Shown: one piece after another, positions 10,579-19,088 of the stretch | Layout: each line of letters opens with the position of its first letter | Position numbering within the stretch: the first letter of the stretch is position 1 | Source: Blastocatellia bacterium | GTDB taxonomy: Bacteria; Acidobacteriota; Blastocatellia; UBA7656 | DNA length: 64,000 nucleotides | Assembly (NCBI GenBank): GCA_045807725.1 | Contig: JBJMGV010000089.1 | Coordinates: forward strand, 4,787-68,786 | Reading direction: 5' to 3' | The notes under the pieces: model-generated | Seen by the model: only the letters and a program-made list of their open reading frames with translations | What the model was told of the DNA's origin: nothing | Database searches by the model: none | Translations under genes and position numbers: made by a program

Positions 10579-10902
10579 ATGAAGAAACTTTTCAGCCTTA
10601 CGTTGTCAGCCGTGTTTATTCTGGGCCTTGGCGTTGCCGCCTTCGCCCATACGCCTTATATTGATCGCCGCGAACACCGCGAGCAACAACGCATTCGTCA
10701 GGGTGTTCGTAGCGGCGAGTTGACCCGCCGCGAAACCCGCCGGCTTGAGATGGAGCAAGCGCATATTCGCGGGTATGAGTGGTACGCGAAATCCGATGGC
10801 CACGTCAGCCGTGCCGAGCATCGCCGCCTCGACCATATGCTCGACCGCGCTAACCGCGACATTTATCATCAAAAGCACGATGGCCAGGATCGCCTGCCTT
10901 AA
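10579..10902 (+). CDS. Small secreted Arg/Glu-rich protein, paralog 1 (unknown function)
   Basis: 107 aa; signal peptide MKKLFSLTLSAVFILGLGVAAFA; RBS gggggag 7 nt upstream; shares QQRIRQGVRSGELTRRE.RR.E and Y.QKHD.Q with the next gene. Confidence 0.75.
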   Translation: MKKLFSLTLSAVFILGLGVAAFAHTPYIDRREHREQQRIRQGVRSGELTRRETRRLEMEQAHIRGYEWYAKSDGHVSRAEHRRLDHMLDRANRDIYHQKHDGQDRLP

Positions 10903-11040
10903 TCACTGCGCGGTCGCAATGCTGACCTTGCGAATGAAGAAACGCGAAGCCAACGTTGCGACCGCTTTCACTGCGCCGGGCAAGCCATCGCTTGCCGACG
11001 CAAACCAGCAACCTGAATTCAATTCCTTTAGGAGGACCGC

Positions 11041-11361
11041 ATGAAGAGGATCGTCAGTGTGATATTAACCTCAGTTTTCGTGCTCGGCATGAGCGTCGCC
11101 ACGTTCGCGCAGAATACGCCGAGAGTGGACAAGCGCGAGCGCCATCAGCAGAGGCGCATTCGTCAAGGTGTGCGCAGCGGCGAATTGACGCGACGCGAGG
11201 CCAGAAGGATGGAACGCCAGCAGGCCGTGACACACGCCGAAGAGGCAGCGGCCAAGGCTGACGGCAAAGTGACGAAGCGCGAACGCCGCCACTTGAACCG
11301 GCGCGAGAATCGCACCAGCCGTCACGTCTATAGACAGAAGCACGACGCTCAGAAGCGCTAA
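11041..11361 (+). CDS. Small secreted Arg/Glu-rich protein, paralog 2 (unknown function)
   Basis: 106 aa; signal peptide MKRIVSVILTSVFVLGMSVATFA; RBS aggagg at 11030-11035; same motif layout as 10579..10902. Confidence 0.75.
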   Translation: MKRIVSVILTSVFVLGMSVATFAQNTPRVDKRERHQQRRIRQGVRSGELTRREARRMERQQAVTHAEEAAAKADGKVTKRERRHLNRRENRTSRHVYRQKHDAQKR

Positions 11362-11445
11362 GGCTTCGTGAAGTGAGATGAGCCTCTGCGCTTCATTGAT
11401 CATCGAAGTCGGCAGTTGATATTCGCGCATAGGACAAAGGCTGGC

Positions 11446-11480
11446 GACCTGCATCTGATGAGAGCAGGTCGCCAGCCTTT
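11446..11480 (+). terminator. Rho-independent terminator after the paralog pair
   Basis: aaaggctggcgacctgc-atctgatgaga-gcaggtcgccagccttt: a perfect 17-bp stem followed by atcgttt. Confidence 0.8.
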
Positions 11481-11812
11481 ATCGTTTGGCATCACATCTG
11501 AAGCGCGAGCAACCATCCGCCTATCCGCATTCGTTTCAGCAACGCAGTTGGAAATTCTTACACGCCCGGCCTGTAATCTTTACTTGTAAAATCTGCCTTG
11601 ATCGCATTGCCGGCTTTAATTTCGCCGACTTAGACGAATAATGAAATCGGCACGCTCGTTGCAAAAGCATCGGTGGGGCAGAGATACGGGTGATTAAACA
11701 TCATTTCCGGTCTCTATTTGCGGTTGCCGGGGTGAGGACGGCAACCACAATTGGCGATGCGGAGATTATCTCTGCATCGCCATTTATCTTTGAACCAGTG
11801 GGAGACGTGACT

Positions 11813-12529
11813 ATGAAGATCAGACTCGCAGGATTATTCGCTCTGAGCATCTTGTTAGTTCTCGGTTCGGTCGGCTGCGCGACGAAGAAGTACGCGCGCA
11901 ATCGCGTCAACGAACGGATGACGCCGCTCGAACAGCGCGCCGGCTCACTAGAAGAAACGTCGCGCCGCAACACGCAGGACATCGGCCAACTGAACACAGA
12001 CGTAACTGACGTTCGCGGTCGCACCGACCGCGCGCAATCACAGGCCGATGCGGCGCTCGGACGCGCGAACGAAGCCAACACACGCGCCAACTCGACTGAG
12101 CAGTCGGTCAACGACCTGCGCAACAACATTGACAAATACAGCGTCCAGAACACCGCCTCAGTCAACTTCAAATTCGACAGCTATCAACTCACGCCCGAAG
12201 CGAGAGAATCGCTCGATCAACTGGCCTCGCAGATACGGGACCGTGAGAACTTCATTCTCGAAATCGAAGGCTTTGCCGACGCGACCGGAACCGATCAATA
12301 CAACAATCAACTGACGCAACGCCGCGCCACCGCCGTACAGCGATACCTGGCCGAGCAGTATAATATCCCGCTCTACCGCATGCGCATTCTCGGCTTCGGC
12401 GAAGTCCGCCCGGTGGCCGACAACCACACGCGCGAAGGCCGCGCGCAGAATCGCCGCGTCGAGATTCGCCTGATGACCCGCAGCGTCAGCAACAGCGCAG
12501 CCGGCAAGACCGCCGCGTCGCACGAATAG
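11813..12529 (+). CDS. OmpA-family lipoprotein with an N-terminal coiled-coil segment
   Basis: The track ORF starts at 11690. The internal ATG at 11813 has RBS ggaga (11801-11805) and gives MKIRLAGLFALSILLVLGSVGC (lipobox). The C-terminal OmpA domain reads ..EIEGFADATGTDQYNNQLTQRRATAVQRYL...NRRVEIRL. Confidence 0.85.
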   Translation: MKIRLAGLFALSILLVLGSVGCATKKYARNRVNERMTPLEQRAGSLEETSRRNTQDIGQLNTDVTDVRGRTDRAQSQADAALGRANEANTRANSTEQSVNDLRNNIDKYSVQNTASVNFKFDSYQLTPEARESLDQLASQIRDRENFILEIEGFADATGTDQYNNQLTQRRATAVQRYLAEQYNIPLYRMRILGFGEVRPVADNHTREGRAQNRRVEIRLMTRSVSNSAAGKTAASHE

Positions 12530-12608
12530 ATTTTTTGTCCGCGAGGAGTCGAACGCTAGAACCACTCAGCTAGAACCAACTGCCCTCAATGAACACTGCC
12601 TCCGAATC

Positions 12609-12639
12609 AGGCGGGTCGCAAGGCCCGCCTCTTTATTTT
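12609..12639 (+). terminator. Rho-independent terminator after the OmpA-like gene
   Basis: aggcggg-tcgcaagg-cccgcct followed by ctttatttt. Confidence 0.65.
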
Positions 12640-12692
12640 GCGCAGTCGTTGATTCAACGACCGTCAGCCCATCGGTTATAATCAATTCGAGC

Positions 12693-13019
12693 ATGAAACG
12701 AGCGAGACCGAAGCCGCCAGCGTTGCAGCCCGTCACCATATCGGACGACGAACGCGCCTGCGAGTTGTGCCTGCGACACGTCAGCGGCATCTCAAGGCAT
12801 CACCTCGTGCCGAGGTCGGAAGGCGGCACGGCGACCGTATCGCTTTGCGCCGTGTGCCACTCGATGTTGCATCGCTTCTTCACTAATCGGACGCTCGCCA
12901 GAGAACTCAACACCATCGAAGCCTTGCGCCGCACGCCCGAAGTGCAACGTTACCTCGCGTGGGTGCGCAAGCAACCCGACCGCGCCATTCGCGTGCGGCG
13001 CTCGCGCTCGCGGCGCTGA
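12693..13019 (+). CDS. Small HNH-endonuclease-family protein
   Basis: 108 aa; C..C...HHLVPRSEGG....LC..CH..LH matches an HNH/zinc-finger layout. Confidence 0.65.
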   Translation: MKRARPKPPALQPVTISDDERACELCLRHVSGISRHHLVPRSEGGTATVSLCAVCHSMLHRFFTNRTLARELNTIEALRRTPEVQRYLAWVRKQPDRAIRVRRSRSRR

Positions 13020-13043
13020 GCGATAAGCCTGGGAGAACAATGG

Positions 13044-13589
13044 ATGACAGCAAGCAAGAAGAGCAGCAAGGCGGCAGCGAGTAAGTCTTCCGCCAGGAAA
13101 TCGAGCAAGGCCAGTGGCAAGACAGGCGAATCGAAAACGCCTTACTGCTATGAATACCCGCGACCAGCGGTGACGGCGGACATCATTCTGTTTCACCGTG
13201 ACGGCGAGCGCATCGAGGTGCTGTTGATCAAGCGGGCGCGTGATCCATTCAAAGGCGCGTGGGCTTTTCCCGGCGGCTTTGTTGACGAAGACGAATCGCT
13301 TGAGCGGGCAGCGGCGCGCGAGCTGAAAGAAGAGACGGGGCTTGAAGGAATTGCGATGGAGCAACTCGCAGCCTTCGGCGATCCGGGCCGTGACCCGCGC
13401 GGCCACACCGTCAGCGTCGCCTTTGTCGCGCTACTCGACAGACGCGCCGAAGCCGAAGCCGCCGATGACGCTGACGAGGCGCAGTGGCATTCGGCACTAC
13501 GCCCGCCGCGACTCGCGTTCGATCACAAGAAGATTCTGCGCATCGCGCTCAACCACGTTTTCGGCGCGAACGGCAAGGATAGAAAATAA
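13044..13589 (+). CDS. NUDIX hydrolase with a Lys/Ser-rich N-terminal tail
   Basis: 181 aa; Nudix box GAWAFPGGFVDEDESLERAAARELKEETGL; the N-terminal 35 aa are K/S/A low complexity. Confidence 0.85.
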   Translation: MTASKKSSKAAASKSSARKSSKASGKTGESKTPYCYEYPRPAVTADIILFHRDGERIEVLLIKRARDPFKGAWAFPGGFVDEDESLERAAARELKEETGLEGIAMEQLAAFGDPGRDPRGHTVSVAFVALLDRRAEAEAADDADEAQWHSALRPPRLAFDHKKILRIALNHVFGANGKDRK

Positions 13590-13594
13590 GTCGC

Positions 13595-14092
13595 GTGGCT
13601 CACCATTCAAGCACAACTCACAAGCCATCGTCGCCTCTGCACGTGGCATTGATCGAGCCGGAGATTCCGCCGAACACCGGCAACATCGCGCGGCTCTGCG
13701 CGGCCACCTACACGCCGCTGCACCTGATCGGTAAGCTCGGCTTTCGCACAGACGAAAAGGCAGTGCGCCGCGCCGGCCTTGATTACTGGAACGAGGTGGA
13801 AATTCACTATCACCTCAATGTCGAGGCGCTCTACGCGGCATTGCCCGATTGTCGTTTTCTTTACTTTTCCACAAAAGGCGAGCGCGTCTACACCGAGTTT
13901 GAATTTGCGCCGAACGATTGCATGGTCTTCGGGCGCGAGACGCGCGGGCTTCCTGAAGAGTTGCTGCGCGCCAACTGGGAGCGCTGTTTGACCATCCCTA
14001 TGCCCAACCCGCAAGTGCGCTCACTCAACCTGGCGACCTCGGTAGGCATTGTGCTTTATGAAGCACTCAGGCAACTGCGCGACCCGCTTTAA
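13595..14092 (+). CDS. trmL: tRNA (cytidine/uridine-2'-O-)-methyltransferase TrmL (SpoU/TrmH family)
   Basis: VALIEPEIPPNTGNIARLCAAT... closely follows the TrmL N-terminus. The true start may be the in-frame GTG at 13643 rather than the GTG at 13595. Confidence 0.8.
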   Translation: MAHHSSTTHKPSSPLHVALIEPEIPPNTGNIARLCAATYTPLHLIGKLGFRTDEKAVRRAGLDYWNEVEIHYHLNVEALYAALPDCRFLYFSTKGERVYTEFEFAPNDCMVFGRETRGLPEELLRANWERCLTIPMPNPQVRSLNLATSVGIVLYEALRQLRDPL

Positions 14093-14131
14093 TCCCGGCG
14101 CTCTCCCGATTCAAGAACGAACAAAACAAAT

Positions 14132-14168
14132 CGGGCCGACTGTACGATAGATTACGCAGTCGGCCCGC
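14132..14168. terminator. Hairpin between convergent trmL and the M48 peptidase gene; T-rich tail on the minus strand
   Basis: cgggccgactg-(15 nt)-cagtcggcccg: a perfect 11-bp stem. The minus strand continues atttgttttgtt. Confidence 0.7.
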
Positions 14169-14195
14169 AGCTTACGGAGGAGTGATGAGGTGCGC

Positions 14196-15323
14196 TCAGG
14201 GTTTCTTGTCCGGGTCGGGCGGCTTGCCGTCGCTGTCGCGGCGCTTCAGCACGGGCCGGTCTTTCGGCGTCTCGGTGCTGGTCGAATCCGGCGAGGTCGG
14301 ATCTTCAGTGCCATCCTTGCGCCGCTTGAGCGTGGGCCGCTTCGGGCCGGTGTCGCGGTTGCCTGAGCCGTCGAGCACGCGCGCATTCGTCATTGCCAGC
14401 AGACGCGACTTCGCGCGGATGAAGTCCGACGAGGTGATCATATACTCGTCGCGGTCGGGGAAGCGGACCAGCAGATCGTGAACTTTTGTGATGCGATCAG
14501 GAGTTGGCGGATGCGTGCCGAAGAGTTTCGACAACGTGCCCGGCTTGCCCTTCTCTTTCTTCTCCAGCTTCTCAAAGAAGGACAAAAAGTTGTTCGGGTC
14601 ATAGCCGGCGGCCCAGAGATATTGAGCGCCCAGCTTGTCGGCTTCGGCCTCTGCGCCACGGCTGAATTTCAAGAACGCCAGCGGCACGCCGATCTGGTAG
14701 GCCTCATAAGCGAGATAGCCGAGGCCGCCCGTCATAAAGATCAGCGGGATGAAGGCGATGTTGGCCAGGGTTCCTTTCGACGCCTGCTCAACACCGTGAC
14801 GCGCCGCGACGTGGCCGATCTCATGCGCCATTACGCCGGCAAGCTCAGACTCGCTGTCGGCGGTCAGGATAGCGCCCTTGTTGACATAAAGAAAGCCGCC
14901 CGGCAAAGCGAAAGCATTGACGTCGTCTGAGTCAATGACCTTGATCGTGAAGGGAATCTTCGCGTCCGAGTGGAGCGCAATGTTCTGGCCGACGCGGTTG
15001 ACGTACTCTGTGACGATAGGATCGTCAATGAATTTGCCCTGCTGATCAACCTGCGCGGCGAGGCGGCGGCCAAGCGCCACTTCTTTCTCAAGCGAGTAGA
15101 AGTTGATCTGGCGCTTGTTGATGTTGCGCTTGCCGATCAAACGCGGGTCTTCGTCTTCGCTAAGGTTGCCTTTAACGGCAGCAGTCGTCGGCTGCGCGAC
15201 GGCCTGCTGCTTGTCTTTATTGTCTTTGGAATCTTTCTTCTCATCCGCGAACAACGCTGTCGGCATACCGATCAGCGCCGCCAGCAGCAGAACGGTGACG
15301 CGCTTTAACAAATCTAATTTCAT
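14196..15323 (-). CDS. Secreted M48-family zinc metalloprotease
   Basis: 375 aa; signal peptide; HEXXH as MAHEIGHVAARH; a C-terminal tail of about 60 aa rich in K/R/P/D. Confidence 0.85.
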   Translation of the reverse strand: MKLDLLKRVTVLLLAALIGMPTALFADEKKDSKDNKDKQQAVAQPTTAAVKGNLSEDEDPRLIGKRNINKRQINFYSLEKEVALGRRLAAQVDQQGKFIDDPIVTEYVNRVGQNIALHSDAKIPFTIKVIDSDDVNAFALPGGFLYVNKGAILTADSESELAGVMAHEIGHVAARHGVEQASKGTLANIAFIPLIFMTGGLGYLAYEAYQIGVPLAFLKFSRGAEAEADKLGAQYLWAAGYDPNNFLSFFEKLEKKEKGKPGTLSKLFGTHPPTPDRITKVHDLLVRFPDRDEYMITSSDFIRAKSRLLAMTNARVLDGSGNRDTGPKRPTLKRRKDGTEDPTSPDSTSTETPKDRPVLKRRDSDGKPPDPDKKP

Positions 15324-15520
15324 TGGAAGGACTCCTACCGGAAAGAACTTCTTGTAACTGGCACGGGCCAGACTCCTGACACAGGAAGTCTAGCACACGC
15401 CCGCAAGGGTGGGAAGTGCGGCGGCGGTTTTGCCCGGCGGGTCGCCGTGTGCGATTGCGGCTGGCCTGTGCGGGCGTTTATGATCGACGCGGTTGCTCGG
15501 CAACCAGCAACGGCAGGCGT

Positions 15521-16402
15521 ATGAATCAAACGAAGAGGTCGCTTGGATTATCCATCGTCGGCGCGGGCCGGGTCGGGCAGACGCTTGGACGGCTTGGACG
15601 CGAAGCTGGTTATGAGATCGTGGATGTCGTCTGCCGCTCGCGGCGTTCGGCGGCGAAGGCTGCGCGGTTTATCGGCGCGGGCCTGCCGCTTGCAGCGTCC
15701 AGCAAATCACTGCGGCCTGCAAATGTAATTTTCATAACTACGCCGGACGACCGCATTGGCGAAGCCGCTCAGTTGATTTCAGACAGCTCGCAGCAAGCTG
15801 GTCGCTGCGTAATCTTGCATGCGAGCGGCGCAGCTTCAAGCGACGCGCTTGCCGGGCTGCGCGAATCGGGCTTTGTTGTCGGCTCGTGCCATCCGCTGCA
15901 AACGTTTGAGAGTCCGCAGCAGGCGCTTACGGTCATCCGACAAAGTTACTTTTGTATTGAAGGCGACGCCGGGGCCGTGCGAGCCGCGCGGTCTTTCGTT
16001 GAACGAATCGGCGCTCGGTCTTTCGAGATTCCAACCGACAAGAAACCGCTTTATCACGCCGCAGCGGTGCTGGCTTCCGGCGGCGTCACAGCGTTATTGA
16101 GTGTGAGCTTCGATGCATTGCGACGCTGCGGTCTGAGCGAAGCGCAGGCGCGGCGCGTGTTGTTGCCTTTGACAGAAGCGACGGTGGCAAATGTGGGCGC
16201 GGTCGGCCCGCGCCGCGCGCTCACAGGCCCCGTGCGGCGCGCTGACATGGGCACGATTCGCAGCAATATGGAGGCTCTCGCCGCAATCGATCTTCAAGGG
16301 CTTGCCATCTATCGCCTGCTCTCGGCGCAGGGATTGCGGTTGATCGAGCCGCAGATTAATCCCGCTCTGGTTGATGCGTTGCAGGAGTTATTGAAAGACT
16401 GA
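15521..16402 (+). CDS. Rossmann-fold / DUF2520-like putative oxidoreductase
   Basis: The ATG at 15521 gives MNQTKRSLGLSIVGAGRVGQTLG (GxGxxG). The C-terminal LTGPVRRADMGTIRSNMEAL resembles the DUF2520 signature. The upstream extension to 15416 is Arg-rich and looks non-coding. Confidence 0.6.
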   Translation: MNQTKRSLGLSIVGAGRVGQTLGRLGREAGYEIVDVVCRSRRSAAKAARFIGAGLPLAASSKSLRPANVIFITTPDDRIGEAAQLISDSSQQAGRCVILHASGAASSDALAGLRESGFVVGSCHPLQTFESPQQALTVIRQSYFCIEGDAGAVRAARSFVERIGARSFEIPTDKKPLYHAAAVLASGGVTALLSVSFDALRRCGLSEAQARRVLLPLTEATVANVGAVGPRRALTGPVRRADMGTIRSNMEALAAIDLQGLAIYRLLSAQGLRLIEPQINPALVDALQELLKD

Positions 16403-16423
16403 GCGTTGAAGAATAGACACTGA

Positions 16424-17836
16424 CTATCGACCACCGACCATAGTTCGGTTGCGGCGCAGGTCGTCGGTGATGAAGTGGCCGCGAATCAAGTCTATGCCAA
16501 GCGTTGCGCCGTGTGGCGGGCGTAAAGTGAGAGCCGGGTTGGACGTGGCTTCGAGCCATATCTGGCGATAGCCGGTCAAAACCAACACAGCTTTATCGCT
16601 CGACCAGAACGTCGTTTGTTGCAGTAGCTCGACGCGCGAAGCCAGTTGTTGGAGCGGGTGATTGAAATCTGACGGCTTTACTGACGAAAGTTCTGCCGTG
16701 CCGCCGGCGAGGGCAGATGATCCATTGCCTTTTCCTGCCGGCAGCGGTGACTGTTCGTTGCGGTCGGCAACGGCGGTAGCTAATCGCTCAAACAGTTCGA
16801 CCGAGCCTTTGCCAATGATGTCGGCGAACTCGGCGAGATAAGCCGCCAGACTCATTTCATGTTCAGCCTCAAGATAGAGCGCCGATGAGCTGATGCCTTG
16901 ATGAACGCCCTTGAGCCGTATGTCCGCGTGGTTGAGGTGGGTGATTTGGAACTCGCACAGGTGCGCCAGAATCACCGCCCAGACTTCATCGCCGACGCGG
17001 CCTTCGATCAAAACCTGCGCCGTCGGCTTACCGATGATGCCGACGAATGCCTCCTCAATCAAGGCGCGGTCTTCGTGATGATCGTCTATGCCAAGGTCGA
17101 TCCAATCGGCCCAGGCATCATCGAGTTTAACGCCGGCGAATTGAATGTCCCGCAGCTTCGCGCCAGTCAGATTGCAGCCGCGCAGCATTGCCCCTGAGAG
17201 GTTGGCTCCGCGCAGGTTGGCGCGCGTCAGCGTACTGGCCGAAAGATTGGCCCCCATCAGATTCGCGCCCACCAGACAACAACCATCGAGCCGCACGCCT
17301 GACAGGTCTGTGTAAGAGAGGTCAACGCCTTCGAGCATCGCACCTGATAGATTAGCTCCAGCCATTTGTGCCATGCGGACGTAGGCATTTGAGAGGTTCG
17401 CGCCCGTCAGGTCGGTTTCATTGAGGAAGGTGCCGACCAGATAAGCTCCGGCCAGTTCGGCACACTGTAAGTTCGCGCCCGTGAGGTCTGCGCCGCTAAG
17501 GTCGGCTCGACTCAGGTCTGAACCAATCAGCGACGCGCCGATGAGGCTGGCTTCGACCAGATTTGCGCCAACCAGATTGACTTCGTTCAGCATCGCGCCG
17601 CTTAGAAAGCAGCCCGTCAGCCTTGCGTCACGCAGGTCTGAGCGCGACAACTCGGCCATACGCAGATTGGCTTCGCTAAAATCGGCCCGCGCTAAATCAA
17701 GCGCCGAGAGGTCCGCGCGGACAAAGTTTAACCCGCGCAGGCTTTCGCCACACGCAATGCGATCAAGGATTTCGCCTCTGGAAAATTGCGGCATCTCGAT
17801 TCTCGACGGACGCACAAGGAGCGCAGGGGCAGGCAA
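16424..17836 (-). CDS. Pentapeptide-repeat protein with an uncharacterised C-terminal domain of about 230 aa
   Basis: 470 aa; residues about 20-235 are continuous A(D/N)LxG-type pentapeptide repeats (ADLSGADLTGANLQCAELAGAYL...). I recognise no motif in the remainder. Confidence 0.8.
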   Translation of the reverse strand: MPAPALLVRPSRIEMPQFSRGEILDRIACGESLRGLNFVRADLSALDLARADFSEANLRMAELSRSDLRDARLTGCFLSGAMLNEVNLVGANLVEASLIGASLIGSDLSRADLSGADLTGANLQCAELAGAYLVGTFLNETDLTGANLSNAYVRMAQMAGANLSGAMLEGVDLSYTDLSGVRLDGCCLVGANLMGANLSASTLTRANLRGANLSGAMLRGCNLTGAKLRDIQFAGVKLDDAWADWIDLGIDDHHEDRALIEEAFVGIIGKPTAQVLIEGRVGDEVWAVILAHLCEFQITHLNHADIRLKGVHQGISSSALYLEAEHEMSLAAYLAEFADIIGKGSVELFERLATAVADRNEQSPLPAGKGNGSSALAGGTAELSSVKPSDFNHPLQQLASRVELLQQTTFWSSDKAVLVLTGYRQIWLEATSNPALTLRPPHGATLGIDLIRGHFITDDLRRNRTMVGGR

Positions 17837-18060
17837 ACATCAGGCGACCAATCGGCGGTGGAAATCAAAGCATCTCTCAGAAACAACGCCTCAATCCGCT
17901 CGCATCACCCGCAGGCAATGTTAGTCGCTGATCAAAAGAGAGTAAATACTAATCTGGGTTGTGAACAGAGAACTCGCACGTTCACGCATAGCCGTGACGA
18001 ATATCGCCGAAGCGATGCAGAGTAACTTGGCGGGTACGGTCGATTCAGATTAAAGATAAG

Positions 18061-18088
18061 CGACTGGGGGATCAAGGTCCCCCGGTCG
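18061..18088 (-). terminator. Hairpin downstream of the 18102..18830 gene
   Basis: cgactggggga-tcaag-gtcccccggtcg (one mismatch). The minus-strand continuation is AT/T-rich (cttatctttaat). Confidence 0.5.
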
Positions 18089-18101
18089 TTTGTAACAAAT
18101 A

Positions 18102-18830
18102 TTACTTTTTCTTCGCTTCCCACTTGCCGGTCATCTGGCCGGAGAAATCAAAGTCGCCGGAGATCTTGCCGTCTTTCACCGCCCCACTCATGGTAATCGA
18201 GCCTTGTGGCGTGTCGAGGCTAAAGCTCAGCTTATTGCCATCCCATTTGCCGTTGCTGATTGTGGCAGCGCCTTGATCGGATGAAGACGTGCCGGTGACT
18301 TTGTTACCTTCGAGCTTGAGCTTGAGAGTAAAAGGGATTGTCATGCCGCCAGCGTCAGCCGAGCCATCCCAGTCTCCCGAAATCGGGTCGCCTGCGGCGG
18401 CTGCCGGAGCGGGAGCAGACGAAGAAGCCGCCGGGGCTGTGCCGCCGGATTTCTTCAATTCGAGAGTGCCACCGGCTCCACCAAGCTCCCACTTGCCGAC
18501 GATCTTATCACCATTGAGCGTCGCCGTGACGATGCCTTCGTTGCCGCCGGCATCAAATTTGATCGTCACTTTACCGTCTGCGTAAGACCCGTCCGTGATA
18601 TTGGCCGGGCCTTGTGGTGTTTCAATCGTTCCAGAGAGCTTGCCGCTCGTATTTTTCAGATTCACGGTGAGCGGAATTTCGCCGAACGCCTCGCTCTTAG
18701 CGACGCCTTCGTACTTACCTGAGATGTCGGCCTTTTCGTCCAAAGCCAGTCTGTTAAACGGCGCGGCGAATGCGGCTGACGAGATCAACAGCGCAATCGC
18801 AAGCAGTGCAACGCTTCTTCGTAACTGCAT
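18102..18830 (-). CDS. Secreted protein with two homologous halves (unknown function)
   Basis: 242 aa; signal peptide MQLRRSVALLAIALLISSAAFA. Two similar modules (..GKLSGTIETPQGPANITDGSYADGKVTIKF.. and ..NKVTGTSSSDQGAATISNGKWDGNKLSFSL..) are separated by an Ala/Ser/Pro linker. Confidence 0.7.
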   Translation of the reverse strand: MQLRRSVALLAIALLISSAAFAAPFNRLALDEKADISGKYEGVAKSEAFGEIPLTVNLKNTSGKLSGTIETPQGPANITDGSYADGKVTIKFDAGGNEGIVTATLNGDKIVGKWELGGAGGTLELKKSGGTAPAASSSAPAPAAAAGDPISGDWDGSADAGGMTIPFTLKLKLEGNKVTGTSSSDQGAATISNGKWDGNKLSFSLDTPQGSITMSGAVKDGKISGDFDFSGQMTGKWEAKKK

Positions 18831-19088
18831 CTTTCAGTCTCCTAATGGTGGTTTTCAATTTTGAAATCAAGCCAATCTGCAACTTGAGAATGACCAATCT
18901 TCGAGGCCATGTATTTATAACGTAAAATGCGCGTGCATCAAAGCAATTTTATCGTGGTGAAGCCCCGGGGCAGGCTGATCTGCTAGGCAAGGGTTCATCG
19001 AGAATCGCTTGCGAGTCGATATGGAACGAGATTGTCCAAGGGAGGGTCGAAAGGTCGGCACATAAATATAAAAGTAACTAATATTATT

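Noticed and set aside
10007-10582. 191-aa ORF filling the large gap upstream of the small secreted-protein genes
   Set aside because: The translation is Cys/Arg/Ser-rich and motif-free, with no RBS. It overlaps the RBS and start of the well-supported 10579 gene. The region is treated as non-coding.
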